From the IMG/VR virus record IMGVR_UViG_3300032285_002884: 64,000 bases of DNA; one strand, given 5' to 3'. Source of the DNA: a virus. Below the pieces are notes generated by a model, which saw only the letters and a program-made list of their open reading frames with translations, ran no database searches and had not been told where the DNA came from. This document shows, piece by piece, positions 20,738-30,370 of this stretch (position 1 is its first letter; the number at the start of each line of letters is the position of its first letter). A program made the position numbers and the translations under genes.

Positions 20738-21070
20738 ATGGCCGTCAAGTCGAACCTAGTCATAGATCAGGGAAGTACCTTCAGCGCTACCCTCACCGTG
20801 ACCGACGTAAACAACGACCCGATCGACCTCACCAACTACACCGCGTCGGCTAAGCTCAGGAAGTGGTACACGTCTAACAGCTCAGTCTCTTTCTCGACCT
20901 CTTCAGGAAACAGTTCGGGTCTGATCACCCTCTCACTCGACTACGTCACTACTGGATCTCTTGACTCAGGAAGGTACGTCTACGACGTCGAGCTTACCGA
21001 CACTGTAGCCAACTCGGTCTACAGGGTAATCGAGGGCATAGCTACCGTGACTCCACAGGTCACTAGGTAG
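20738..21070 (+). CDS. Ig-like baseplate/fibre adaptor (BppU-like)
   Basis: NLVIDQGSTF...DLTNYTA..LRK...GRYVYDVEL..RVIEG..TVTPQVT. Confidence 0.65.
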   Translation: MAVKSNLVIDQGSTFSATLTVTDVNNDPIDLTNYTASAKLRKWYTSNSSVSFSTSSGNSSGLITLSLDYVTTGSLDSGRYVYDVELTDTVANSVYRVIEGIATVTPQVTR

Positions 21071-21273
21071 TGGTCAACAACAGCATAGTACAGTCGAGCT
21101 TCGACTCAAGTTCTTCTATAAAGACTTCGGTCTCGGCTAGGTCTTCTAACCTCACTTCTCGAGTATTCCCACACTCGGTATCTATCGCTGCGTCTAGCCC
21201 GTTTAGGTCTTCTATAACCGTCTCAAATACTTCTTCTAAGACAACAATTTCTCAGAAATCCATACCCGTCTGA
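21070..21273 (+). CDS. Small Ser-rich hypothetical protein
   Basis: GTG start overlapping the upstream stop; fills the gap before a late promoter; no recognisable motif. Confidence 0.35.
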   Translation: MVNNSIVQSSFDSSSSIKTSVSARSSNLTSRVFPHSVSIAASSPFRSSITVSNTSSKTTISQKSIPV

Positions 21274-21284
21274 TCTCTTCTTTT

Positions 21285-21292
21285 TATAAATA
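21285..21292 (+). promoter_or_regulatory. T4-type late promoter
   Basis: TATAAATA 36 nt upstream of the fibre gene start. Confidence 0.8.
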
Positions 21293-21327
21293 AAAGAAAA
21301 AGAGCCAACCGGGAAAGGGAACGGAGA

Positions 21328-24300
21328 ATGGCGGATAAAGACTTTGTCGTCAAGAACGGCATCGTGGTCAATTCCACACTCATTGTTGCGACTGCTGGAT
21401 CAGTAGGTATCAACAGCGCGTCTGCCGACGCGACCCTCGCCGTAGTAGGCACAGCCAACGTCTCCGGCAACGTCAAGTTCGCTTCCAATCTCACAGTCAT
21501 CGGTACGTCGAACTCTGCTAACTTAAACGTCAGTGGACTCGCTAACGTCGCCAACCTAAACACCAACGTCGCCAACTCGGTGTCGGTAATTACCTCGACG
21601 GTCAACTCGATCTCGGTAAACTCCGCGACGGTAAACGCTACCACCTCGGTAGTAGTCGGCGCTAACTCTACGCTGAACACCTCTGCCATTCAAGTCGGCA
21701 CCGCCGCTCAGCAGTTCACGGCGAACGCCTCGACGATCTCGGTCGGTAACTCTACCGTCAACACATATTCAAACTCGACTCACTTCTTCTCGGGTAACTC
21801 TACCTACTACGGCTTCGGTAACAACACCGCAGAAGTAGTAGTGAACCCGCTCGGCAACACGGCTATATTCGCTACCGGCGTCACCGTCAACTCGACGTCT
21901 GGTCTGGTCATCGTCGGTACCGCAGCCAACGCTACTGCTATAAACACCACTGCGATCTCGGTAGGTAACTCTACCGTCAACTCGGTAGTAGGAAGCGGCG
22001 TAGTCAATACGGTAACGATCAATACGACTACCATGTATGGTAACTCGGTCGGCCTACATACCGGTAACGTCTTAGCTGTAATCGTCAACGCCGTTACGGT
22101 CAATACCTCGACTGTAAATGCTGTCTCGGTCAACTCTACTTCGTTTACCTCTACCGGTCTAGCAAACGTAGCCAACCTCAACACGAACGTGGCCAACTCG
22201 TCTACGCTGAACGTGACTGGTCTAGCGAACGTTGGCAACCTTAATACCAGCGTCGTAAACTCTTCTTCGCTCAACGTCACGGGTCTGGCTACGCTAGGTA
22301 ACTCGACTGCCAACGTATCAAACTCTACTACTCTGAACGTTACCGGACTCGCAAACGTCGGTAACCTCAACACGTCAGTAGCGAACTCTTCTTCGCTCAA
22401 CGTTACCGGACTCGCAAACGTCGGCAACGTCAATACGACTACGGTCAACTCGACGTCGATCAACGTCACTGGGACGGTAAATGCCGTAACCGTCAACACG
22501 TCTACAGTAAACGCAGCGTCGGTCAACTCCGCTACCGTGAACGCTACTACGAGCGCGGTAGTCGGCTCAAACGTCACAGTAAACACCTCGGCGGTGTTCA
22601 TCGGCAACAGCACTCAGCAGCTGATAGCAAACAGCTTCGCTGTATCGGTCGGTAACACTACCGTCAATACTTTCTCGAACTCGACTCACTTCTTCTCTGG
22701 TAACTCTACGGTATACGGCTTTGTCAATAACGTATCAGAGGTAATAGCGAGCCCTTCGGGTAACACGACGGTAAACTCTACTGCGATCTCTGTCAACTCT
22801 ACTTCTGGACAGATCATCGTCGGTACAGCTGCTAACGCTTCCGTTATCAATACAACCGCCATCTCTGTCGGCAACTCTACTGTAAACTCAGTAGTAGGAA
22901 GTGGCGTCGTCAACACCGTCACGATCAACGTCACCACAGTCAACGGCAACACCGTCGGCCTACATACCGGTAACGTCAACTCGACAGTCGTCAACTCGAC
23001 CTCGATCAACACGACCGGTCTAGTCACCGCGGCCAACCTCAACACCAACGTCGCCAACACTACCAACGTAAACGCGACTACGGTTAACGCCCTAGCGAAC
23101 GTCCAGACGAACACGGTCTTTGCGACTAACGTCTACGCGACCTTCGCCAACGCCGCTACAGTAAACTCGGTCACCATCAACACGTCGACGGTCAACGCGG
23201 TATCTGTCAACTCGACTACGGTGAACGCGGCTACCTCGGTCGTGGTCGGCTCGAACGTTACCCTGAACACCTCTACACTGTCTATCGGCAACAGCACGGT
23301 CAACTCGGTCATCAACAACGGTAACTTGGTAGTTACAGGTCTAGCCAACGTAGGAAGTGCGAACATCGTCGGCAACCTGTTTGTCGGCGGTAACTTCACG
23401 GTCACCGGTACCTTGTCATATAACGGTACGGGCAACTCGTCGATCTTCCCGTCAAGTAACAGCCTGCAGCTAGGTAACTCTACCGCAAGGTGGATCGTGT
23501 ACGGCATGACCGGCGACTTTGCAAACGGCTTGAACGTAACCAGCGCCGGCATGATCTCGACGTTCGGTAACACGATCAACGTGACTTCCGGTAACGTCAA
23601 CATCCTTGCGGGTAACTTCAGCGTCTCTAACTCAGCTTCTGCCAACAGCATATCGGTCGGCAACAGCACGGTCAACGCGTCCATCAACAGCACGTCGTTC
23701 TCCGGCACCGCTGCCAACGCTGCTTTGCTCAACGCAAAGACTGAAGGTAACCTAAACGTCAACTCGGCAGCGTATCTCGGCTCGATCGCTGCTTCTGGAT
23801 ACCAGACGACCGCTGGCTTGTCGGGCAACGTAGCTACCCTTACGTCGAACTCGACTACGTACTTCGGTGGTCAGCTCGCCGCATACTTCGCTGCCAACTC
23901 GGTAGTCTACTCGACGTTCGCCACGAACACTTACGTCAATCAGACGTTCGCGAACATCACTACCCCTATAGTCGCAACCTCAGTGACCGTAGGCAACTCG
24001 ACAGTCAACTCGGTAGTGAACAGTACGGCCTTCACCGGCACCGCGAACAACGCTACCTACGCTTTCGGTAAGACTGAGGGTAACTTAAACGCTAACTCAT
24101 CTAACTATCTCGGCGGCGTGTCAGCTGCGGGATACCAGCTGACGAGTACACTATCTTCTAACGTGGCTACCCTAGCGTCAAACTCTGCATCGTACTTTGG
24201 CGGACAGCTTCCTACTTACTTCGCATCTAACTCCGCTGTATACTCTACGTTTGCGCAGAACTCTGCAGTATACTCGATATTCGCTCAGAACTCTGCAGTG

Positions 24301-25953
24301 TATGCTACTTTTGCTCAGAACACCGCTGTCTACACTACGTTCGCTCAGAACTCTGCTGTCTACGCTGCTTTTGCTCAGAACACCAGCGTCTACTCAACGT
24401 TTGCACAGAATACCGCAATCTATGGATACGCTGCCTCCAATGCCTATGTCAACTCGACATTTGCTCAGAACACCGCTGTCTACACTACGTTCGCTCAGAA
24501 CTCTGCTGTCTACGCTACCTTCGCTCAGAACTCAGCGATATATGCGTATGCCGCTTCAAATACATACGTTAACAGCACATTTGCACAGAACACTAGCGTC
24601 TATGCTACCTTTGCCCAGAACTCAGCGATCTATGCATACGCTGCTTCTAACACTTATGTAAACGGTAACTTCGCAAACATTACTACCCCTATTATCTCGA
24701 CTTCTGTCACAGTCGGCAACAGCACAGTCAACTCGGTCATCAACTCGACCTCGTTCGTAGGCACGCACACGGGTAACGTCGTCGGAGCTACCTCGGTCAA
24801 CACCGTATCTCTCAACACGACCGGTCTGGCTAACGTAGCCAACCTCAACACAAACGTGGCTAACTCGACTACTCTTAACGTTACGGGTCTCGCTACAGTA
24901 GGTAACTTGACCGCCAATGTCGCCAACGCCGTCACAGTAAACGCGTCGACAATCAATGCTGCATCGGTCAACTCCGCTAGCGTCAACGCTACTACTTCAG
25001 TCATAGTCGGCGCCAACGTCTATATCAACACTTCATCGATTGCAGTCGGTAACTCTACCGTCAACTCAGTCATCGGCAGCGGTACGCTTACAGTCAACAG
25101 TCTAGCGATCGTCGGTAACCTCAATACCAACGTAGCTAACTCAATCAACTTAAACGTGACTGGTACGACCAACGTAGCGACATTTAACACTTCTGGACTT
25201 GCAAACGTAGCCAACTTGAACACCAACGTGGCCAACTCGACCACGCTGAACGTCACAGGCCTCGCTACGGTAGGTAACGTCAACGCCAACGTAGCGAACG
25301 CGGTCACCGTTAACGCGTCTACCGTGAACGCTATCTCTGTCAACTCAGCTAGCGTCAACGCTACTACGTCGATAGTAGTCGGTGCCAACGTATTCATCAA
25401 TACCTCAGCGATAGCAGTAGGTAACTCTACAGTCAACTCGGTAATTGGTAGTGGTACGCTTACAGTCAACAGTCTAGCGATCGTCGGTAACCTCAATACC
25501 AACGTCGCCAACTCGACCACTCTTAACGTGACTGGTCTGGCTACCATAGGTAACGTCAACGCCAACGTAGCAAACGTTACATCCCTGAACGCTAATAGCA
25601 CCGGTACCATCGCGGTATTCTCGAACTCGACGGTTAGGTCTGTAACGATCAACTCGTCTGCCGTATTCCTAGCTAACTCGACGGGTATTGTAGCCAACAG
25701 CTCTCTCGGCAACGCTGGTCAGGTACTGACGTCGAACGGTTCTGGTCTATACTGGGCCAACTCGACGGCGGTCGGCAGCAGCGGTACGGGTACGGGTAAC
25801 TCGAGCGGTACCGACACAGCGTTCTTCATCAACGGCCAGACGGTCAACAGCGACTATACCACGGTAGCTACATCTAACTACCTTTCGGCTGGTCCAATTA
25901 CCGTCAACGGCAACGTAGTCATCACGACCGGCTCACGCTGGGCCATCGTCTAA
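21328..25953 (+). CDS. Long tail fibre-like protein, extremely N/S/T/V/A-rich and repetitive
   Basis: 1541 aa; N-terminal DKDFVVKNG; C-terminal FFINGQTVNSDYT..NYLSAGPITV..GSRWAIV motif typical of aquatic myovirus fibres; almost no charged residues. Confidence 0.75.
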   Translation: MADKDFVVKNGIVVNSTLIVATAGSVGINSASADATLAVVGTANVSGNVKFASNLTVIGTSNSANLNVSGLANVANLNTNVANSVSVITSTVNSISVNSATVNATTSVVVGANSTLNTSAIQVGTAAQQFTANASTISVGNSTVNTYSNSTHFFSGNSTYYGFGNNTAEVVVNPLGNTAIFATGVTVNSTSGLVIVGTAANATAINTTAISVGNSTVNSVVGSGVVNTVTINTTTMYGNSVGLHTGNVLAVIVNAVTVNTSTVNAVSVNSTSFTSTGLANVANLNTNVANSSTLNVTGLANVGNLNTSVVNSSSLNVTGLATLGNSTANVSNSTTLNVTGLANVGNLNTSVANSSSLNVTGLANVGNVNTTTVNSTSINVTGTVNAVTVNTSTVNAASVNSATVNATTSAVVGSNVTVNTSAVFIGNSTQQLIANSFAVSVGNTTVNTFSNSTHFFSGNSTVYGFVNNVSEVIASPSGNTTVNSTAISVNSTSGQIIVGTAANASVINTTAISVGNSTVNSVVGSGVVNTVTINVTTVNGNTVGLHTGNVNSTVVNSTSINTTGLVTAANLNTNVANTTNVNATTVNALANVQTNTVFATNVYATFANAATVNSVTINTSTVNAVSVNSTTVNAATSVVVGSNVTLNTSTLSIGNSTVNSVINNGNLVVTGLANVGSANIVGNLFVGGNFTVTGTLSYNGTGNSSIFPSSNSLQLGNSTARWIVYGMTGDFANGLNVTSAGMISTFGNTINVTSGNVNILAGNFSVSNSASANSISVGNSTVNASINSTSFSGTAANAALLNAKTEGNLNVNSAAYLGSIAASGYQTTAGLSGNVATLTSNSTTYFGGQLAAYFAANSVVYSTFATNTYVNQTFANITTPIVATSVTVGNSTVNSVVNSTAFTGTANNATYAFGKTEGNLNANSSNYLGGVSAAGYQLTSTLSSNVATLASNSASYFGGQLPTYFASNSAVYSTFAQNSAVYSIFAQNSAVYATFAQNTAVYTTFAQNSAVYAAFAQNTSVYSTFAQNTAIYGYAASNAYVNSTFAQNTAVYTTFAQNSAVYATFAQNSAIYAYAASNTYVNSTFAQNTSVYATFAQNSAIYAYAASNTYVNGNFANITTPIISTSVTVGNSTVNSVINSTSFVGTHTGNVVGATSVNTVSLNTTGLANVANLNTNVANSTTLNVTGLATVGNLTANVANAVTVNASTINAASVNSASVNATTSVIVGANVYINTSSIAVGNSTVNSVIGSGTLTVNSLAIVGNLNTNVANSINLNVTGTTNVATFNTSGLANVANLNTNVANSTTLNVTGLATVGNVNANVANAVTVNASTVNAISVNSASVNATTSIVVGANVFINTSAIAVGNSTVNSVIGSGTLTVNSLAIVGNLNTNVANSTTLNVTGLATIGNVNANVANVTSLNANSTGTIAVFSNSTVRSVTINSSAVFLANSTGIVANSSLGNAGQVLTSNGSGLYWANSTAVGSSGTGTGNSSGTDTAFFINGQTVNSDYTTVATSNYLSAGPITVNGNVVITTGSRWAIV
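24231..24680 (+). repeat. 30-bp (10-aa) tandem repeat, about 15 copies, consensus SAVYATFAQN
   Basis: Period-30 units such as ctctgctgtc tacgctacct tcgctcagaa, in frame within the fibre gene. Confidence 0.9.
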
Positions 25954-25967
25954 GGAGCATCTAGAAT

Positions 25968-26714
25968 ATGTCAGTCTTAAGCGTAACTACAATTCAAACC
26001 GCAAACGGAACTACAGACCTTACGATCACTACCGGCAACAGCTCAGGACCGTCTATTGTAATGTCTTCTACTACCGGTGTAACTACTTTTGGCAATACAA
26101 ATTTTACTAATACTGCTGTTCGAGGATTTTCTAGTACCTCAAATGGTGTCTATGGACTATCTAATTCAGGAATTGGTGTTCTTGGATCTTCAAACTCTTC
26201 TGCTGGTGTACAAGGCAACGCAAACAATGGTTATGCAGTACTTGGATATGGTGGTTTATCTGGCGGAACTGGTATCGGCGGAGCATTTTATTCAAACTCA
26301 AGCACAGGTATCTATGCTCAGTCAAACACGGGTACAATAGCACAGTTCGCTAACTCTACAGCTACGATCGCGACCGTAACGCAGGCTGGCATGAACGTGC
26401 AGACTAACACGTTCAACCTCGGCACCTCGTCAGTCGTGGCAAACGGCTACTCTCGCCTACCGAACGGCCTGCTGATGCAGTGGGGAACACAGACGGCAAC
26501 TGTAAATAACGCGTCTGCAGCTACAGCTACTTTCTCTGTCCCGTTTACTTCTCTCTATTCGGTAACTGTTACTCTGCTGCAAGCAAACGCAACAGCCGCG
26601 ACCGCGCTAGTAGCTGTCGCTAATACTTCAAACAGCACTTCGGTTACTTGGAAGACTACTGCAGCAGCGGCTGCTTCTTCACAGACCATGAACTATCTGG
26701 CAATAGGAGTCTAA
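25968..26714 (+). CDS. Tail fibre tip/receptor-binding protein
   Basis: NGYSRLPNGLLMQWG...F..PF...YLAIG C-terminal fibre domain; N-terminal MSVLSVTTIQ motif. Confidence 0.7.
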   Translation: MSVLSVTTIQTANGTTDLTITTGNSSGPSIVMSSTTGVTTFGNTNFTNTAVRGFSSTSNGVYGLSNSGIGVLGSSNSSAGVQGNANNGYAVLGYGGLSGGTGIGGAFYSNSSTGIYAQSNTGTIAQFANSTATIATVTQAGMNVQTNTFNLGTSSVVANGYSRLPNGLLMQWGTQTATVNNASAATATFSVPFTSLYSVTVTLLQANATAATALVAVANTSNSTSVTWKTTAAAAASSQTMNYLAIGV

Positions 26715-26717
26715 TTC

Positions 26718-27467
26718 ATGTCAACACTACAGGTTGCAAACGTCTGGCTCGAGTCTACTGCCAACAACCGTATCCAGATGGGTGCGAGCAACAACTACGT
26801 ATTTTATGCCGGCGGCCAGTCGGTCATGTCGGTCAACAGCTCATCGGTCGTTGCTGGCGCTCTAGTCGCCAACGCTACCGGCGTCGTACTTCCTCCGATC
26901 TACGCCAACGGCTCTATAGGCACGGCAGGTCAGGCACTGCTGTCGAACAGCTCGGGTACTTTCTGGGGATCTCCAAGCTACACCGGCGCGAACGTCTTTA
27001 CTTCCAACAGCACCTTCACGGTCCCAGCGGGCGTCACTAGGGTCAGGGCACAGGTGCTCGGTGGCGCCGGCGGCACCGGCAGCGCCATGTCTAACTATAT
27101 TACTACTTCTTTTGGAGCGTATATAACCGGTACGGTCGGCTCTGTGGGCGCTACGGGCACAGCCTCTGGCGCATCCGGAGGCGCAGGCGGTACCGGTACC
27201 AGTGGAGACGTAAATATCTCCGGAGGAGCTGGCACTCGTACCTTCGGCACTCAGGGCAGCGTAGGACAGGGAGGTCAGCCGGCATACTTCGGTGGAGTCT
27301 ATGCTGGAGAAGTTGGGAGTTGGTCGGCTGCGGGCTGTATGTGTACCGGTAGTTCACAGGGTGGTGGTGGCGCGGGCGGTTATGCCATGAAGGTCATCAC
27401 GGGCCTCACGCCCGGATCTACTATCGCCGTCACGGTCAGGGGCGGCATCTGTGTCGTTGAATGGTAA
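26718..27467 (+). CDS. Gly-rich fibre/adhesin-like protein
   Basis: MSTLQVANV start, FTSNSTFTVPAGVTRV, GGGGAGGYA..K..GLTPGSTIAVTV, ending GICVVEW. Confidence 0.65.
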   Translation: MSTLQVANVWLESTANNRIQMGASNNYVFYAGGQSVMSVNSSSVVAGALVANATGVVLPPIYANGSIGTAGQALLSNSSGTFWGSPSYTGANVFTSNSTFTVPAGVTRVRAQVLGGAGGTGSAMSNYITTSFGAYITGTVGSVGATGTASGASGGAGGTGTSGDVNISGGAGTRTFGTQGSVGQGGQPAYFGGVYAGEVGSWSAAGCMCTGSSQGGGGAGGYAMKVITGLTPGSTIAVTVRGGICVVEW

Positions 27468-27482
27468 CAAGGAGAGTATAAG

Positions 27483-27740
27483 ATGAGATGGGCTTTAATT
27501 TCACCTAATGAAGAGATCTATGACCTTGACGAGACTACAGTTCTCGGTTCTAGGATATGCGACGTCGTCGACGAGAAGTTCGACGTAGCCGAGCCTCTGT
27601 TCTGGGAGCAGGTCGGGACCGATATATTCCGTGATATATACTACTGGGATGGTACCGGCCCTGCCGAGAATCCAGTGTACAAGAAAGTGACTTCTGTCAC
27701 GGTAAACGCTATGCCCGGAGGACCTACAATTGTTAATTGA
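27483..27740 (+). CDS. Small acidic protein, probable fibre chaperone
   Basis: Good SD (aaggag); ALISPNE...RICDV..FDVAEPLFW; follows a Gly-rich fibre gene. Confidence 0.55.
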   Translation: MRWALISPNEEIYDLDETTVLGSRICDVVDEKFDVAEPLFWEQVGTDIFRDIYYWDGTGPAENPVYKKVTSVTVNAMPGGPTIVN

Positions 27741-28032
27741 TAATGAATTTCTATATGGAAAGCTAAAGGGCGTCATCTATGACTTCAAGGAAGTAGGCGA
27801 CGTTCTGAACCGCCACGCACACGACGCGGACACAGTACACATCAGCATCATAGCGAAGGGAAGCTTCAAGGTGTCTGGGGACGGCTGGGAGTACACACTT
27901 AACTCCGGCGCGCTCCTAGACTGGGAGCCTGGAGTATATCATGAGTTCGAGGCTCTCGAGCCTGACTCTAGACTCTATAACATCTTGAAGAACTATACTC
28001 CTCGACAAGTACTAGGTAACACCGTTGAATGA
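27730..28032 (+). CDS. Cupin-fold protein
   Basis: HAH..HISIIAKG and GVYHEFEALE cupin metal motifs. Confidence 0.7.
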   Translation: MLIDNEFLYGKLKGVIYDFKEVGDVLNRHAHDADTVHISIIAKGSFKVSGDGWEYTLNSGALLDWEPGVYHEFEALEPDSRLYNILKNYTPRQVLGNTVE

Positions 28033-28618
28033 TCTGTTTGATGAGATAAAGAGGCTTACAGTTATAAAGTCTCCGATATTCGTACCGGAGATCAAGCTCT
28101 ACAGCGTGCAGCCGTTCGCTATAAAGTATCCGTACGACGTAGACGACTTTAACGCGATGTTCGGCTACCCTACCTGGAGCGGTATAGCACTCTCTAGGTT
28201 CATACTCGACAACCCGTCGATGCTGAAGGACAGGGTAGTCGCTGACATAGGCTGTGGATCTGGGGTCGTCGGAATCGCGGCAGCGAAGACTGGGGCTAAG
28301 GTGACGTGCATTGATAGGGACGTCTCCTCTCTGTACTTTACCGAGCTCAACTTCAAGCTGAACGGTACCGAGGCCGATATAATGTGGGGTAACTTCAACG
28401 ATGCTCTGAACTACGACGTCGTCCTGATGTCTTCTCTGTTCTATAGGTCTGCAAACTTTACATCTATAAAGACTGTGATGGAGACCAAGAAGTTCATGAT
28501 AGGTTCTATCGACGACAACGTCGAAGAGTATCTTGAGAAAGAATACGTCAGGGGCCTCACTAAGGTCTCGCTGGGAAGAGACGACACAAGAAGGTATTAT
28601 GTATATCATAATATGTAG
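28025..28618 (+). CDS. SAM-dependent protein methyltransferase (PrmA/METTL20-like)
   Basis: WSGIALSRFILDNP...VADIGCGSGVVGIAAAKTGA..VTCIDRD. Confidence 0.75.
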   Translation: MNDLFDEIKRLTVIKSPIFVPEIKLYSVQPFAIKYPYDVDDFNAMFGYPTWSGIALSRFILDNPSMLKDRVVADIGCGSGVVGIAAAKTGAKVTCIDRDVSSLYFTELNFKLNGTEADIMWGNFNDALNYDVVLMSSLFYRSANFTSIKTVMETKKFMIGSIDDNVEEYLEKEYVRGLTKVSLGRDDTRRYYVYHNM

Positions 28619-28631
28619 GAGAGACTAGAAT

Positions 28632-29603
28632 ATGTCGACTATCAAGGTAACGGGTCTGCAGGTCAACGGTACGCTGACTGCGAATACCATAACGAACAGC
28701 AGGACAGGGACGTCGATCAACTCGACGATGCTGGTGTTCGGTAACAGCTCACTCACAGCCAACTACGCGGTCGTCAACTCCTCGTCTGTATCGGTCGGGA
28801 CTTCCGGCGCCAACACTATCTTGCAGGCAACCATCAGCGAGGGAAACATAACGGTCGGCGGCAACACCGTTACTTCTCTTCCGACAGGCAGCAGTGAGAT
28901 CTGCAACGTTCAGATCTTCACCGCGAACGGTACATGGACTAAGCCTTCATGGGCCACTACCGGCTACGAGCTGGTGTTCGTTCACATGTGGGGCGGCGGT
29001 GGCGGTAGCAATACTGGTGGTACTACTCTGAATGGTGGCGGAGGCGGGGCGTTCGTATACGGCATCTATATGGGAAGTCAGGTCAACTCAACCGCTAACG
29101 TAGTAGTAGGTCTTGGTGGAACTTTAGGCGTAAACGGTGGTAACAGCTCTTTCGCTAATAGCACTGGCGGTTTGCTAACCGCATACGGCGGAGGCGCTGC
29201 TAACACAACATCCAGCGGTGGCGGTGGCGGTTGGCTTGGCGTAGGAGCTCCTATTAATGGCGGTGGCCCGCTCGGTGGAAACTCTACAATCAATGCTTCC
29301 ACTTTTGGAGGAGGCGGAATGGGCGTTAACAGTCAAAATCCAGGATCTTCGATATATGGTGGTGGGGCAGGTGGTTATTTTAACAATACTGCGGGATCTT
29401 CAATATATGGTGGCGGTGGAGGTGGAGGTGCTAATGCATCAGGTAATGCTGGAATATCAATTTATGGTGGATTTGGAGCTAATTCTACAGTAGCTGCTGG
29501 TATTCCAGGTGGAGGAGGAGCTTTGGCAAATAGTACATTTGCAAACAACACAGCGGGTGCTCGCGGTGAAGTAAGAGTCTACACACTAAGGAAGACCGCA
29601 TGA
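28632..29603 (+). CDS. Gly-rich adhesin-like protein, paralogue 1
   Basis: FTANGTWTKP, MWGGGGG, polyglycine tracts, ending GARGEVRV. Confidence 0.7.
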   Translation: MSTIKVTGLQVNGTLTANTITNSRTGTSINSTMLVFGNSSLTANYAVVNSSSVSVGTSGANTILQATISEGNITVGGNTVTSLPTGSSEICNVQIFTANGTWTKPSWATTGYELVFVHMWGGGGGSNTGGTTLNGGGGGAFVYGIYMGSQVNSTANVVVGLGGTLGVNGGNSSFANSTGGLLTAYGGGAANTTSSGGGGGWLGVGAPINGGGPLGGNSTINASTFGGGGMGVNSQNPGSSIYGGGAGGYFNNTAGSSIYGGGGGGGANASGNAGISIYGGFGANSTVAAGIPGGGGALANSTFANNTAGARGEVRVYTLRKTA

Positions 29604-29615
29604 AAATATACTTTT

Positions 29616-29643
29616 TATAAATACTCTCAAATATAGGAGTATT
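29616..29643 (+). promoter_or_regulatory. Late promoter overlapping an RBS-sequestering hairpin
   Basis: TATAAATA at 29616-29623; AATACTC (29620-26) pairs with GAGTATT (29637-43), covering the GGAG SD. Confidence 0.75.
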
Positions 29644-29647
29644 ATCT

Positions 29648-30370
29648 ATGGAAAGTTACGGTTTCATTTATCTTTGGTATGATAGAAAACATAAAAGATA
29701 TTATGTCGGATGTCATTGGGGAAGAGAAGATGATGGGTATGTATGTAGCTCATACTGGATGATGCAAGCTTATAAACGTAGACCTGAAGACTTCAAACGT
29801 CGTATGCTAAAAACAAACATCTTAGACAGAACATGTCTTTTAGATGAAGAGTATAAGTTTCTGTCTCTTATAAAAAAAGAAGAGTTAGGTAAAAAATACT
29901 ATAACATACAAAATAATCACTTCGGTCATTGGTCAAATGATCCAAATAATAGAGACAACGCTATAGAAAAGATGAGACAAAAGCTCATCGGCAAGAGTCT
30001 ATCAGAAGAACACAAAAAGAAGATCAGTAAAAGTAATAAAGGAAAGAAGAAAGCTCCATTTACTGAAGATCATCGAAAGAATATAAGTATATCAGCTATT
30101 GGAAGAGTTCCAACGGAAGAGACACTTAAGAAAAGATCTATAGCTATGAAAGGTGAAAATAACCCTAATTGGGGTAAGAAGTTTACTGAAGAGCATAGAC
30201 ATAAGTTGTCTATAGCTAGAAGAAAAAGAGTCATCAGCGAAGAGACCAAACAAAAGACCAGAGAATCTATGAAGAAAGTAGTTCCTAGACGTGGTCATAA
30301 ACTGACTGAAGAACACAAGGCCAAGATTAGTCTTGGAATGAAGAAGAACAAAGAAAGTCTGAGTAACTAA
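29648..30370 (+). mobile_element. Free-standing GIY-YIG (Seg-like) homing endonuclease with NUMOD3 repeats
   Basis: YGFIYLW..RYYVGCH..YYN; repeats of SEEHKKKIS / GENNPNWGK; AT-rich compared with neighbours. Confidence 0.85.

Noticed and set aside
24231-24680. CRISPR-like array
   Set aside because: The 30-bp units are contiguous, in frame and vary at synonymous sites, with no unique spacers. It is a protein repeat.
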